DNA of 64,000 bases from Oscillospiraceae bacterium (lineage in GTDB: Bacteria > Bacillota > Clostridia > Oscillospirales > CAG-272): the NCBI GenBank assembly GCA_015065385.1, contig SVQK01000056.1:270983-334982 (forward strand), read 5' to 3'. The notes under the pieces are model-generated. The model was not told where the DNA came from, made no database searches, and saw nothing but the letters and a program-made list of their open reading frames with translations. Shown here one piece after another: positions 57,052-64,000 of this stretch (its first letter is position 1; each line of letters opens with the position of its first letter). The position numbers and the translations under genes were made by a program.

Positions 57052-57521
57052 GGATCACACCAGAAATGATGGTCGAAGACGAACAACGATGGCATGCCCG
57101 AGACGTGATCACGGAACTCGGCTATTGCGGAAGTTACATGCGTGACCGAAAAGACATGACAAACCTTGACATTCGGTTTTATGCCTACCTCATGCGCAAG
57201 GCGCACGATATGCTGAAGGAGCAGGAGCCAAGGGTGATGACGCTCGAAGAGGTGTGTAATCTGAAATATGACGATGTTGTCTACTATCAAGGGATCAATA
57301 CGAATTCCGTGGAGAGCGCTATTGTTCTTCACGGGGAAAAAATGGTTCCAGAGGTAAACACAAGAGTTGTCCAGTTTAGACACGCTGACGGAACTGGTGG
57401 ATGGAACGGTATCAATAATGCCGATCTGAATGGGTACGGTAAAAAATGGCGGTGCTGGTCTGCCCGTCCGTCAGAACGGCAGATGCGGGACACGCCATGG
57501 GAAGGAGAGAATGATGCCTGA
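57048..57521 (+). CDS. WRCW-family paralog D
   Basis: AHDMLKEQEPRVMTLEEV...GYGKKWRCWSARPSERQMRDTPWEGE. There is an ATGA overlap with the upstream gene. Confidence 0.6.
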   Translation: MRITPEMMVEDEQRWHARDVITELGYCGSYMRDRKDMTNLDIRFYAYLMRKAHDMLKEQEPRVMTLEEVCNLKYDDVVYYQGINTNSVESAIVLHGEKMVPEVNTRVVQFRHADGTGGWNGINNADLNGYGKKWRCWSARPSERQMRDTPWEGENDA

Positions 57522-57768
57522 ATATCATCTTGGGGTTTCCCCGATTACCAACACGATCTACGCCGGGACGCTAAACAAGGCGAAGACGATGTGGCTGAAC
57601 AAAAGTGACGTTACCGATGAAGCGGTCGCCTGTGTTCGGGACCATCTGAAACGACTCGCAGACGACGAACCGGATTCCAAATTCGGGTACGAGTGGGATC
57701 TGAAAGACGGAGGAAAAGTTCAGCTGCTTGTTAAGATTTTACCGAAGGAGGAGACCGAAAATGCCTGA
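57514..57768 (+). CDS. Hypothetical small protein (84 aa)
   Basis: ATG lies in the ATGCCTGA junction. Confidence 0.5.
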   Translation: MPEYHLGVSPITNTIYAGTLNKAKTMWLNKSDVTDEAVACVRDHLKRLADDEPDSKFGYEWDLKDGGKVQLLVKILPKEETENA

Positions 57769-58120
57769 TATCAAGCGAACCATAGACCAGATGAAGAGGC
57801 TCGAAGAAACGGTTGGAGACTCCACCATGCAGGGGGCCGGTCAGGTTCTCCGGGATGCCATTGCGCTTTTGGAGGCGTATCAGAAGGTTCCGAAATGGAC
57901 CCCGGTAACGGAAGGCCTCCCGCCTCAGTTTGAGGTTGTCTGGGCCACGGATGGCGAAGATGTCGGCCTTGCAGCTCTGCAGGGATTCTGCAATGACGAG
58001 CCACTGTGGACCGGTGTCTGGAATTTAGACTATCTGGATGATCCGGACGATGAAGACTACCTCCCCATCATCAAATGGAAGCCGCTCGAAACGCTCCCGG
58101 ATCCGAAAGGGGGTGAATGA
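57761..58120 (+). CDS. Hypothetical protein, DUF551-like C-terminal half
   Basis: VPKWTPVTEGLPPQFEVVWATDGEDV...IIKWKPL pattern. Confidence 0.5.
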   Translation: MPDIKRTIDQMKRLEETVGDSTMQGAGQVLRDAIALLEAYQKVPKWTPVTEGLPPQFEVVWATDGEDVGLAALQGFCNDEPLWTGVWNLDYLDDPDDEDYLPIIKWKPLETLPDPKGGE

Positions 58121-58182
58121 GTCCGTTTTACCCACGAAGCCAAGAGTCAATCAAACCGAAAATGCAAGAAAGGAAATATCAC

Positions 58183-60234
58183 ATGAGGTTTCACGAATTC
58201 AAAGAACAGCTTGCCAGCCATTTTGCGGCGGCTGTAGGAAACGGCTATCTGTACGAGACTGATGCCGACAAAGATAGGCTGTGGGAGATTTATCTTTCCA
58301 GCTTCCCGAGCGGATCCAACCCGATCTACCGCGTCCGGACGGAGCATGATTGTTCCTGTTGCCGCCATTTCATCAAGGAAATCGGTCGAACCGTGATCAT
58401 CGACAAGGATCTGAATGTTCACAGCATCTTCGACTTTGAGGCTGGGGATGCGAACTATCAGGCCGTGCTTGATGCTATGCGGGATTATGTCCAGTCCTGC
58501 ACGATTGTCGGGGTTTACCTGTCCCCTACTGCTACGGTAGGAACCCCGCGTACACAGGAGAGATCTGAAAGCGGGACGATCATCACCTACGAGCACTACA
58601 GCTTGGCTCTTCCCGCCCGTCTTGTACACCGTTCGAACAGAACCATCGACACCGACAAAGGCCAGTTCCGGGACACCCGTAACGTGTTCAAGCGGTCGTT
58701 GACCGAAATAACGGCGGAGGCTATCGAAACCGTTCTGGAGCTGATTCGGTCGAACACCCTGTACAAGGGCGCAGAATGGGAAAAGCAGATCAACGACCTG
58801 CTGAACTGTAAGCGGGAATTCGATTCCCTTACTAACGCGAAGAAGGACGCCTATTGCTGGGCTAAAGCCAGTGAGGTTGGTCCGGTTCTCGGCAGAATCC
58901 GCAATCACAGCATCGGCAAGTTACTGACCGATATTTCCGAGGGGGTGGACCTCGACGCGGCAGTCAGGGCATACGAGCTGATTGTTGCGCCGACGAACTA
59001 TAAACGCCCGAAAGCGATCTACACCCAGAAGATGCTGGAAGAGGCCCAGAAGACGGTCGTCGAAATGGGCTACATGGATTCTCTCACCAGACGCTATGCG
59101 ACCCTCGACGATATTACCGTCAACAACATCCTCTTTTCCAACCGGGATTCGGCAAAGCGGATCGGCGGGAGCGTGTTTGATGAGATGAAGTCCAGCATCC
59201 CGTTTGATCCGAAGAAGTTCAACCGCTTCGAAGAAATCGGGATAGAGAAATTCGTGGCCGATGTTCTCCCGACTGCAACCGAGGTGGAAGCCTTCGTCGA
59301 AAACCGTCACGCTTCCAACTTTGTGTCTTTGATCGCCCCGGTCAACCGGGAGGCTAAGTCCATGTTCAAATGGGATAACGGGTTCTCGTGGGCATACGCC
59401 GGGAACTTGACGGACAGCGATATTCGGGAAAACGTCAAAAATGCCGGAGGCCGCGTGGACGGCGTTCTGCGGTTCAGCATCCAGTGGAACGACGAAATAG
59501 AGTGGAACCGAAACGATCTCGATGCGCATTGCCGGGAACCCAATGGGTATGAGATTTTCTATATACGGAAGCGGGACGAATCGTCCGGGGGTAACCTTGA
59601 TGTAGACATCATCAATCCCCAGAAGAACGTTCCGGCTGTGGAAAACATAACCTTCCCCACAAAAAACAAGATGAAGCCCGGACGGTATGAATTCTTCGTC
59701 CACTGTTTCAGCAACCGGGGAGGATCGGATGGGTTCAAGGCAGAAATCGAGTTTGACGGTCAGATTTACCGCTTTGAATATAGGAAGCCCATACGCCAGA
59801 ACGAGAATGTTCCCGTTGCCACTGTTCTTCTGGATGAAAACAGAGAGTTCCGGATGGTAGAGGCTCTTCCCAGCTCTGATGTTTCCGGGAGGGAGATCTG
59901 GAATGTTAAGACCCATACCTTTACCCCTGTGTCCGTTGTGATGCACTCCCCTAATTATTGGGACGACCAGCAGGGGATCGGTCATAAACACTACTTCTTC
60001 ATGCTCAAGGGGTGCATAAATCCCGAGAATCCGAATGGGTTCTACAACGAGTTCTTGAAGTCTGAACTTATCGATCATAAGCGGGTGTTTGAAGCACTCG
60101 GGTCAAGAATGGCTGTCGCTCCCTCTGACGATCAGTTATCCGGCGTCGGATTCAGTTCTACGAAACGAAATGACCTGATCGTGAAGGTTCGCGGAAACAG
60201 CGGCATGGAACGTGTTATGAAAATCAAATTCTAA
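58183..60234 (+). CDS. Large orphan protein (683 aa from ATG 58183; track start 58117)
   Basis: ATG 58183 after GAAAGGA. The N-terminus has HDCSCCRHF. The C-terminal ~200 aa (RFSIQWNDEIEWNRNDLDAHCREPNGYEIFYIRK...GGNLDVDIINP...VENITF...GRYEFFVHCF) recalls the DUF2135/YfaP-type beta-domain, with low certainty. Confidence 0.65.
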   Translation: MRFHEFKEQLASHFAAAVGNGYLYETDADKDRLWEIYLSSFPSGSNPIYRVRTEHDCSCCRHFIKEIGRTVIIDKDLNVHSIFDFEAGDANYQAVLDAMRDYVQSCTIVGVYLSPTATVGTPRTQERSESGTIITYEHYSLALPARLVHRSNRTIDTDKGQFRDTRNVFKRSLTEITAEAIETVLELIRSNTLYKGAEWEKQINDLLNCKREFDSLTNAKKDAYCWAKASEVGPVLGRIRNHSIGKLLTDISEGVDLDAAVRAYELIVAPTNYKRPKAIYTQKMLEEAQKTVVEMGYMDSLTRRYATLDDITVNNILFSNRDSAKRIGGSVFDEMKSSIPFDPKKFNRFEEIGIEKFVADVLPTATEVEAFVENRHASNFVSLIAPVNREAKSMFKWDNGFSWAYAGNLTDSDIRENVKNAGGRVDGVLRFSIQWNDEIEWNRNDLDAHCREPNGYEIFYIRKRDESSGGNLDVDIINPQKNVPAVENITFPTKNKMKPGRYEFFVHCFSNRGGSDGFKAEIEFDGQIYRFEYRKPIRQNENVPVATVLLDENREFRMVEALPSSDVSGREIWNVKTHTFTPVSVVMHSPNYWDDQQGIGHKHYFFMLKGCINPENPNGFYNEFLKSELIDHKRVFEALGSRMAVAPSDDQLSGVGFSSTKRNDLIVKVRGNSGMERVMKIKF

Positions 60235-60253
60235 AGCCAAGGAGGATACATCA

Positions 60254-60631
60254 ATGGCTAACCTGTTCGAAATCGCATCTAAAAAGAAGTACCGCTTCCC
60301 CTACAAGGGACCCATCGGTACGGAGGATCTGTGGGATTTGGCCCCCGCCCAGCTTGACAGTGTCTACAAGGTCCTGAATAAGACGGTGAAGGCGCAGGGC
60401 GAGGACAGCCTCATGGACAATTCCGGTGTGGACGAAGACCTGAAAAACCAGATCGAGATCGTCAGGTACATCTACACCGTGAAGAAGGAGGAGGCCGCGG
60501 CGAAGAAGACCGAGGCCGAAAATAAAGAGAAGAAGAAGATCGTCATGGAGATTCTCGCGGAAAAGCAGAACGCCGCCCTTCGGAATATGTCCGAGGAGGA
60601 TCTCCAGAAGATGCTGGAGGAATTGAATTGA
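60254..60631 (+). CDS. Hypothetical protein (125 aa), Lys/Glu-rich C-terminus
   Basis: AGGAGG RBS. Coupled downstream of the 683-aa gene. Confidence 0.6.
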   Translation: MANLFEIASKKKYRFPYKGPIGTEDLWDLAPAQLDSVYKVLNKTVKAQGEDSLMDNSGVDEDLKNQIEIVRYIYTVKKEEAAAKKTEAENKEKKKIVMEILAEKQNAALRNMSEEDLQKMLEELN

Positions 60632-60645
60632 TCTTGGGCTTCCTC

Positions 60646-60679
60646 GAAGCCCGCGCCTTCACAACCGGGCGCGGGCTTC
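60646..60679 (+). other. Perfect 12-bp GC-rich inverted repeat (hairpin, no T-tract)
   Basis: GAAGCCCGCGCC (60646-60657) and GGCGCGGGCTTC (60668-60679) with a 10-nt loop. Confidence 0.6.
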
Positions 60680-60705
60680 GGCCCGTATATAAAAGGAGGA
60701 AAGCC

Positions 60706-61119
60706 GTGAAAGATGCAGATAGAAGACGTAAGTATTATGAAGCGGAGTATGCCAAGGCCTACCGTCGCAAAGCCGCGGGGCTGTGTGTGTCGTGCGGTGG
60801 ACCGGTTACCGGGGTAAACCCTTCAACGGGGAAAGCCTACGTCAATTGCACCGCTTGCCGGGCCGAGAAGTTAGCACGAAAAAAGATGCGAGCTGAGGAA
60901 AGTCGCATTGAGGCCGGGCGTACCACCTACCGGCAATACCGGGCGACGAATCCGAATGATGATCCTATCGAAGGGGATGCTCAGGAGATTGCACAGCTTC
61001 TTGGGTTATCCGTGATCTACGTTCGGGCCTTAGCCCGCAGTCACAAAACTACGAGACGTGGTTGGTCGATAGTTCAGATAGGAGGGTCGGATGAAAGCAA
61101 GAGTTCCCTCTCGGTATGA
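60706..61119 (+). CDS. Zn-finger plus HTH-like small protein
   Basis: GTG 60706 lies 6 nt after AAAGGAGGA; the track start 60628 would run through the hairpin. CVSCGG...CTAC pattern. The C-terminus AQEIAQLLGLSVIYVRALARSHK is HTH-like. Confidence 0.5.
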   Translation: MKDADRRRKYYEAEYAKAYRRKAAGLCVSCGGPVTGVNPSTGKAYVNCTACRAEKLARKKMRAEESRIEAGRTTYRQYRATNPNDDPIEGDAQEIAQLLGLSVIYVRALARSHKTTRRGWSIVQIGGSDESKSSLSV

Positions 61120-61525
61120 AAAAGAACTGCGAAAGGAAGCGGATAAGGTGTTGACAGAAATGGCGAAGCAAACGAAAGCGGCCCTCGCAGCGGAGGTGGA
61201 AACCGAGCTCAAGGCACGCGTTGAGGCGGCGAACAAGGCCTATGAGTTGGAACTTGATGCGCTGGTGCTGTGGACGCTCCATGCGCGGTTTGGGTTCGGT
61301 TACAAGCGCCTGTCGGCCTTCTATGAGGCCCTGTTTCAAGAGCGGCAGGAGTTGCACAATCGGTATCTGCCAGCTGCGCCGGATTACAGCGACAACGGGG
61401 TTGAGTCCGGGGTGGCGTACCATCGGCTTCGGGATTTCGGGTACGATGTGAAGACCCATTTTGCCGAATTGAACGCAAAGTACCCGATCCAGACTTTTCC
61501 GGAAAATGAAAAAACGGAGGGGTGA
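61091..61525 (+). CDS. Hypothetical protein (144 aa)
   Basis: ORF with a GGAGGG RBS, ending inside the bidirectional terminator. Confidence 0.6.
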   Translation: MKARVPSRYEKELRKEADKVLTEMAKQTKAALAAEVETELKARVEAANKAYELELDALVLWTLHARFGFGYKRLSAFYEALFQERQELHNRYLPAAPDYSDNGVESGVAYHRLRDFGYDVKTHFAELNAKYPIQTFPENEKTEG

Positions 61526-61542
61526 AATACCCCTTCCGTTTT
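61511..61542. terminator. Bidirectional rho-independent terminator between convergent genes
   Basis: AAAACGGAGGGG tgaaata CCCCTTCCGTTTT. Confidence 0.7.
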
Positions 61543-61548
61543 CACGGG

Positions 61549-61770
61549 TTACAGTTCGGATGAATCCAAAGCATCCGGGCGGTATTCATCCGCCGCGATT
61601 CTGGCCCGGACCGCTTGCGCTACCAGATCCGTGATGGATCGGTATTTTTCCGGGTACTTGGCGACGTGATCGGCCATCTCAGCCTTTAGTCCTTTGGGTA
61701 AGGCGAGGCTCATTCTATCATAATGATCGTTGATGAAGGCGTTTGCCTTCCGGGAGGCTTCTCCTGCCAT
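61549..61770 (-). CDS. Ribbon-helix-helix (Arc/CopG-like) DNA-binding protein; the only minus-strand gene
   Basis: Start ATG at 61770 after AGGAG. In MAGEASRKANAFINDHYDRMSLALPKGLKAEMADHVAKYPEKYRSITDLVAQAVRARI, the segment DRMSLALPKGLKAEM fits an RHH beta-strand followed by helices. Confidence 0.6.
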   Translation of the reverse strand: MAGEASRKANAFINDHYDRMSLALPKGLKAEMADHVAKYPEKYRSITDLVAQAVRARIAADEYRPDALDSSEL

Positions 61771-61861
61771 GTTCGGCTCCTTTTTACACAAAAGTTTACT
61801 TATAGTGTAACACATTCCGGCTGTTCTTACAAGAGGCAACTTGCACAATTTCTACCTGTAC

Positions 61862-61921
61862 GTTTGTGTAGTATATGTTCCGAAAAAGGCTTGATATTCT
61901 GCAAGAGTAGAGGTAGTATGT
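61862..61921 (+). promoter_or_regulatory. Promoter/operator element, copy A
   Basis: GTTTGTGTAGTATAT...TTGATA (61891-61896), 17 nt, TAGTAT (61914-61919). The core TTGATATTCTGCAAGAGTAGAGGTA is identical to copy B. Confidence 0.6.
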
Positions 61922-61974
61922 AGGCACAACCGAAGAACGAAACCTAATAGAGCACAATGCTAAAGGAGGCAAAC

Positions 61975-62253
61975 ATGAGCACGAACGAGCTGATTGCGAA
62001 GATCGAGGAGTTGCGGGGCCTTGAGGAACTGGTTAAGGAGGCCGAGCAGGAGATCGAAGGGATCAAGGATTCCATCAAGCAGCAGATGAACGACGCGCAG
62101 ATCGAGGAGCTTGAGGCCGGGACGCACATCATTCGGTACACCACGGTGATCAGCGACCGCTTCGACAGCACCCGGTTCAAGAAGGAGCACGGGGACATGT
62201 ACCGGGAATACAGCCGGAAGTCCACCAGCAGACGGTTCACGATCAGCGACTGA
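61975..62253 (+). CDS. Coiled-coil small protein (92 aa)
   Basis: ATG 61975 lies 6 nt after AAGGAGG. Confidence 0.6.
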   Translation: MSTNELIAKIEELRGLEELVKEAEQEIEGIKDSIKQQMNDAQIEELEAGTHIIRYTTVISDRFDSTRFKKEHGDMYREYSRKSTSRRFTISD

Positions 62254-62272
62254 GCCGCAGAACCACGAGCGA

Positions 62273-62299
62273 AGCGCCCGCCTTCTACAGGCGGGCGCT
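62273..62299 (+). other. 10-bp GC hairpin (possible attenuator/terminator, no T-tract)
   Basis: AGCGCCCGCC ttctaca GGCGGGCGCT. Confidence 0.45.
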
Positions 62300-62341
62300 G
62301 ACCCCTACCTCGTCGCCCGCGGGGGAAGAAAGGAGCTAACA

Positions 62342-62629
62342 ATGAAGTACAGCGTTAAGTTCAGTTGCGGCCATACTGAGACCAAGGAACTGTTCGGAAA
62401 GGTTTCCGAACGGGAACGCAGGATTGCTTGGTGGGAGCAGAACGGGATTTGCACCAACTGCTATCTGGATCAGAAAGCCATCGAGAATGCCATCGGCCAC
62501 CACGAGGTTGAGATGTTCTACGGCGACTACAAGCGCGACTACGCCAAGTGCAAGACGAAGCCGGGAAGTTACAACGGCGACACAAAAACGATCATCGTTT
62601 TCGTGCCGGATGAAGCGCCCGTCTGCTAA
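62342..62629 (+). CDS. Hypothetical protein (95 aa)
   Basis: ORF after a GGAG RBS. Cys pattern KFSCGH...CTNC. Confidence 0.55.
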   Translation: MKYSVKFSCGHTETKELFGKVSERERRIAWWEQNGICTNCYLDQKAIENAIGHHEVEMFYGDYKRDYAKCKTKPGSYNGDTKTIIVFVPDEAPVC

Positions 62630-62660
62630 AGCGGGCCTAACCTGATTATGGAGGAAGCAA

Positions 62661-63122
62661 ATGGAGAAAATAGCGAGTTTCAAAATCAACCACGACATGC
62701 TGACACGAGGGTTGTACATCTCCCGCGTTGACGGAGATGTCATTACCTACGACCTCCGGATGAAACTGCCCAACGGTGAAGACTACCTCGCTCCCGCTGT
62801 GGCACACACCCTTGAACACCTTCTTGCCACCTACCTGCGGAACTCGGAGATTGGAAACGAGGTGGTGTACGTCGGTCCGATGGGGTGCAGGACCGGGTTT
62901 TACATATTGTTACGGGACACCGTAAGCCCTGAAGCAGCTATCGTGGAAATCTACACGGCCCTGTGCGTCGCCGCGAATTACATGGGCGACATCCCCGGAG
63001 CGACGAGAGCCGAGTGCGGGAACTACAGGGATCACGACCTCGTGGGGGCGAGAATAGAGGCCCGTAAGATGCTCCCCATTCTGCGTATGTGGACAAAGGG
63101 TCAACTAAAGTACCCCGAATAA
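62661..63122 (+). CDS. luxS: S-ribosylhomocysteine lyase (autoinducer-2 synthase)
   Basis: SFKINHDML, the metal-binding HTLEHLLA, PMGCRTGFY and CGNYRDHDL are colinear with E. coli LuxS (HTLEHLFA, PMGCRTGFY, CGTYQMHSL). Confidence 0.9.
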   Translation: MEKIASFKINHDMLTRGLYISRVDGDVITYDLRMKLPNGEDYLAPAVAHTLEHLLATYLRNSEIGNEVVYVGPMGCRTGFYILLRDTVSPEAAIVEIYTALCVAANYMGDIPGATRAECGNYRDHDLVGARIEARKMLPILRMWTKGQLKYPE

Positions 63123-63145
63123 AACACACAAGTACGCCGCTCTAA

Positions 63146-63205
63146 GTTTGTGTAGTTTATTTTCAGGTATGGGGTTGATATTCTGCAAGAGTAGAGGTAA
63201 TATGT
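63146..63205 (+). promoter_or_regulatory. Promoter/operator element, copy B
   Basis: GTTTGTGTAGTTTAT...TTGATA (63175-63180), 17 nt, TAATAT (63198-63203). Confidence 0.6.
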
Positions 63206-63268
63206 GCATGTAAATAAACACCGCCTACGCGCGGGCAAGCCTGACAGGGCAGAAAGAGGAACCCCACA

Positions 63269-63871
63269 ATGAAGATGGTCGAAATCAAACTTAGAAGCAC
63301 TACCGCGGAACTTGAAAAGCTCGAAGCACGGGAGGCCAAGGCCGAGGAACGGCTCCAGAAAGCGATTCACAAGGCTCAGAAGCTGAACGCGGATTTCCCC
63401 ACGGTCGAGGCTTACAGGGCTTGGATGGACACCGTTGAGACCGACGAGATAGGCTTCATAGTAAACAAGGCCGACATTGACCGCAACGGCGCATACCGGG
63501 CCATGGGGATGGCACAGGACGATCTGGACGACATAAGAGACCGGATCGCAAAAGCCGAGGCCCGGGTTGAGAAGGCGCAGGTCGAGGTTGACGCTTACCA
63601 CACGGAGATGCAGAAGCAGCTCGACCACGAGGCCTTCGAACGGCTGATGGAAGCCGAGTTCGAGAAGGAACAAAAAGAGTGGGCGAAGGACGGCGTCAAG
63701 CTCGAGGGGCGGTACTACGGAGAAACCCCGAAGGGCGAACGCTTCTGGATCGAGGGCAACAACGGGTTCACCGAACGGAGCCGCCACTGCTTCACCCTGA
63801 CGGTTGGAGGCCGGACGATTTTCACGAGCGGCGAATTCTGGAGATGCTACGCCACGATCAAGAACGCCTGA
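63269..63871 (+). CDS. Hypothetical protein (200 aa), coiled-coil N-terminal half
   Basis: ORF downstream of promoter copy B. Confidence 0.6.
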   Translation: MKMVEIKLRSTTAELEKLEAREAKAEERLQKAIHKAQKLNADFPTVEAYRAWMDTVETDEIGFIVNKADIDRNGAYRAMGMAQDDLDDIRDRIAKAEARVEKAQVEVDAYHTEMQKQLDHEAFERLMEAEFEKEQKEWAKDGVKLEGRYYGETPKGERFWIEGNNGFTERSRHCFTLTVGGRTIFTSGEFWRCYATIKNA

Positions 63872-63931
63872 CGAAACATAGCCCGCCCCTCCGAGGGCGG
63901 GTAAGCCCGGAAGGGCGGAAAGGACATCGAC

Positions 63932-64000
63932 GTGAAATACACACTCGAATACAACGGCAGGAAGGTCGTCCGCATTGCCGACACCGCACAGGCCGCCGTT
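63932..64000 (+). CDS. 3'-truncated ORF (runs off window end)
   Basis: GTG 63932 after GGAAAGGA; open to the end of the window (VKYTLEYNGRKVVRIADTAQAAV). Confidence 0.35.
   Translation, partial: MKYTLEYNGRKVVRIADTAQAAV

Overview
This window looks like one continuous stretch of a contractile-tailed dsDNA phage or prophage. By eye it is fairly GC-rich and uses Firmicutes/Clostridia-style AGGAGG ribosome-binding sites. All genes but one are on the + strand, and many are translationally coupled.

Gene order:
- 1-1.5 kb: intein-interrupted terminase large subunit, 5'-partial.
- 1.5-4.4 kb: portal fused to a Nudix hydrolase.
- 4.3-14 kb: an accessory island embedded in the head module. It holds a DUF4258-like toxin with an acidic partner, a MuF protein, and three paralogous effector proteins that share an N-terminal module. 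One effector ends in an R-S-ExE ADP-ribosyltransferase. It is followed by a self-contained promoter-to-terminator cassette encoding a DraG/ARH-type ADP-ribosylglycohydrolase.
- 14.3-18.1 kb: scaffold, decoration candidate and major capsid.
- 18.5-23.2 kb: neck, sheath, tube and a chaperone with a -1 frameshift.
- 23.2-34.9 kb: tape measure, baseplate and fibres.
- 34.9-40.9 kb: a 1994-aa multidomain receptor-binding fibre. Its last ~46 codons are the variable repeat of a complete diversity-generating retroelement (VR 40750-40887, TR 41062-41199, RT 41319-42398) with no recognisable Avd.
- 42.4-45.5 kb: lysis module, including an Amidase_2 endolysin with an SLH domain.
- 45.6-46.3 kb: AT-rich control region with an array of TGT(A/T)ACA sites, a consensus promoter and a structured leader.
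- 46.3-64 kb: early/accessory region. It contains a DUF932 protein, an SLT transglycosylase, an XRE-sigma r4-alphaCTD fusion, many small Zn-ribbon proteins, a 4-member paralog family, an AT-rich inserted gene, a 683-aa orphan, an RHH repressor-like gene on the minus strand, a duplicated promoter and a phage-borne luxS.

No rRNA, tRNA, CRISPR array or integrase was seen. All family assignments come from motif recognition by eye; no database search was possible.
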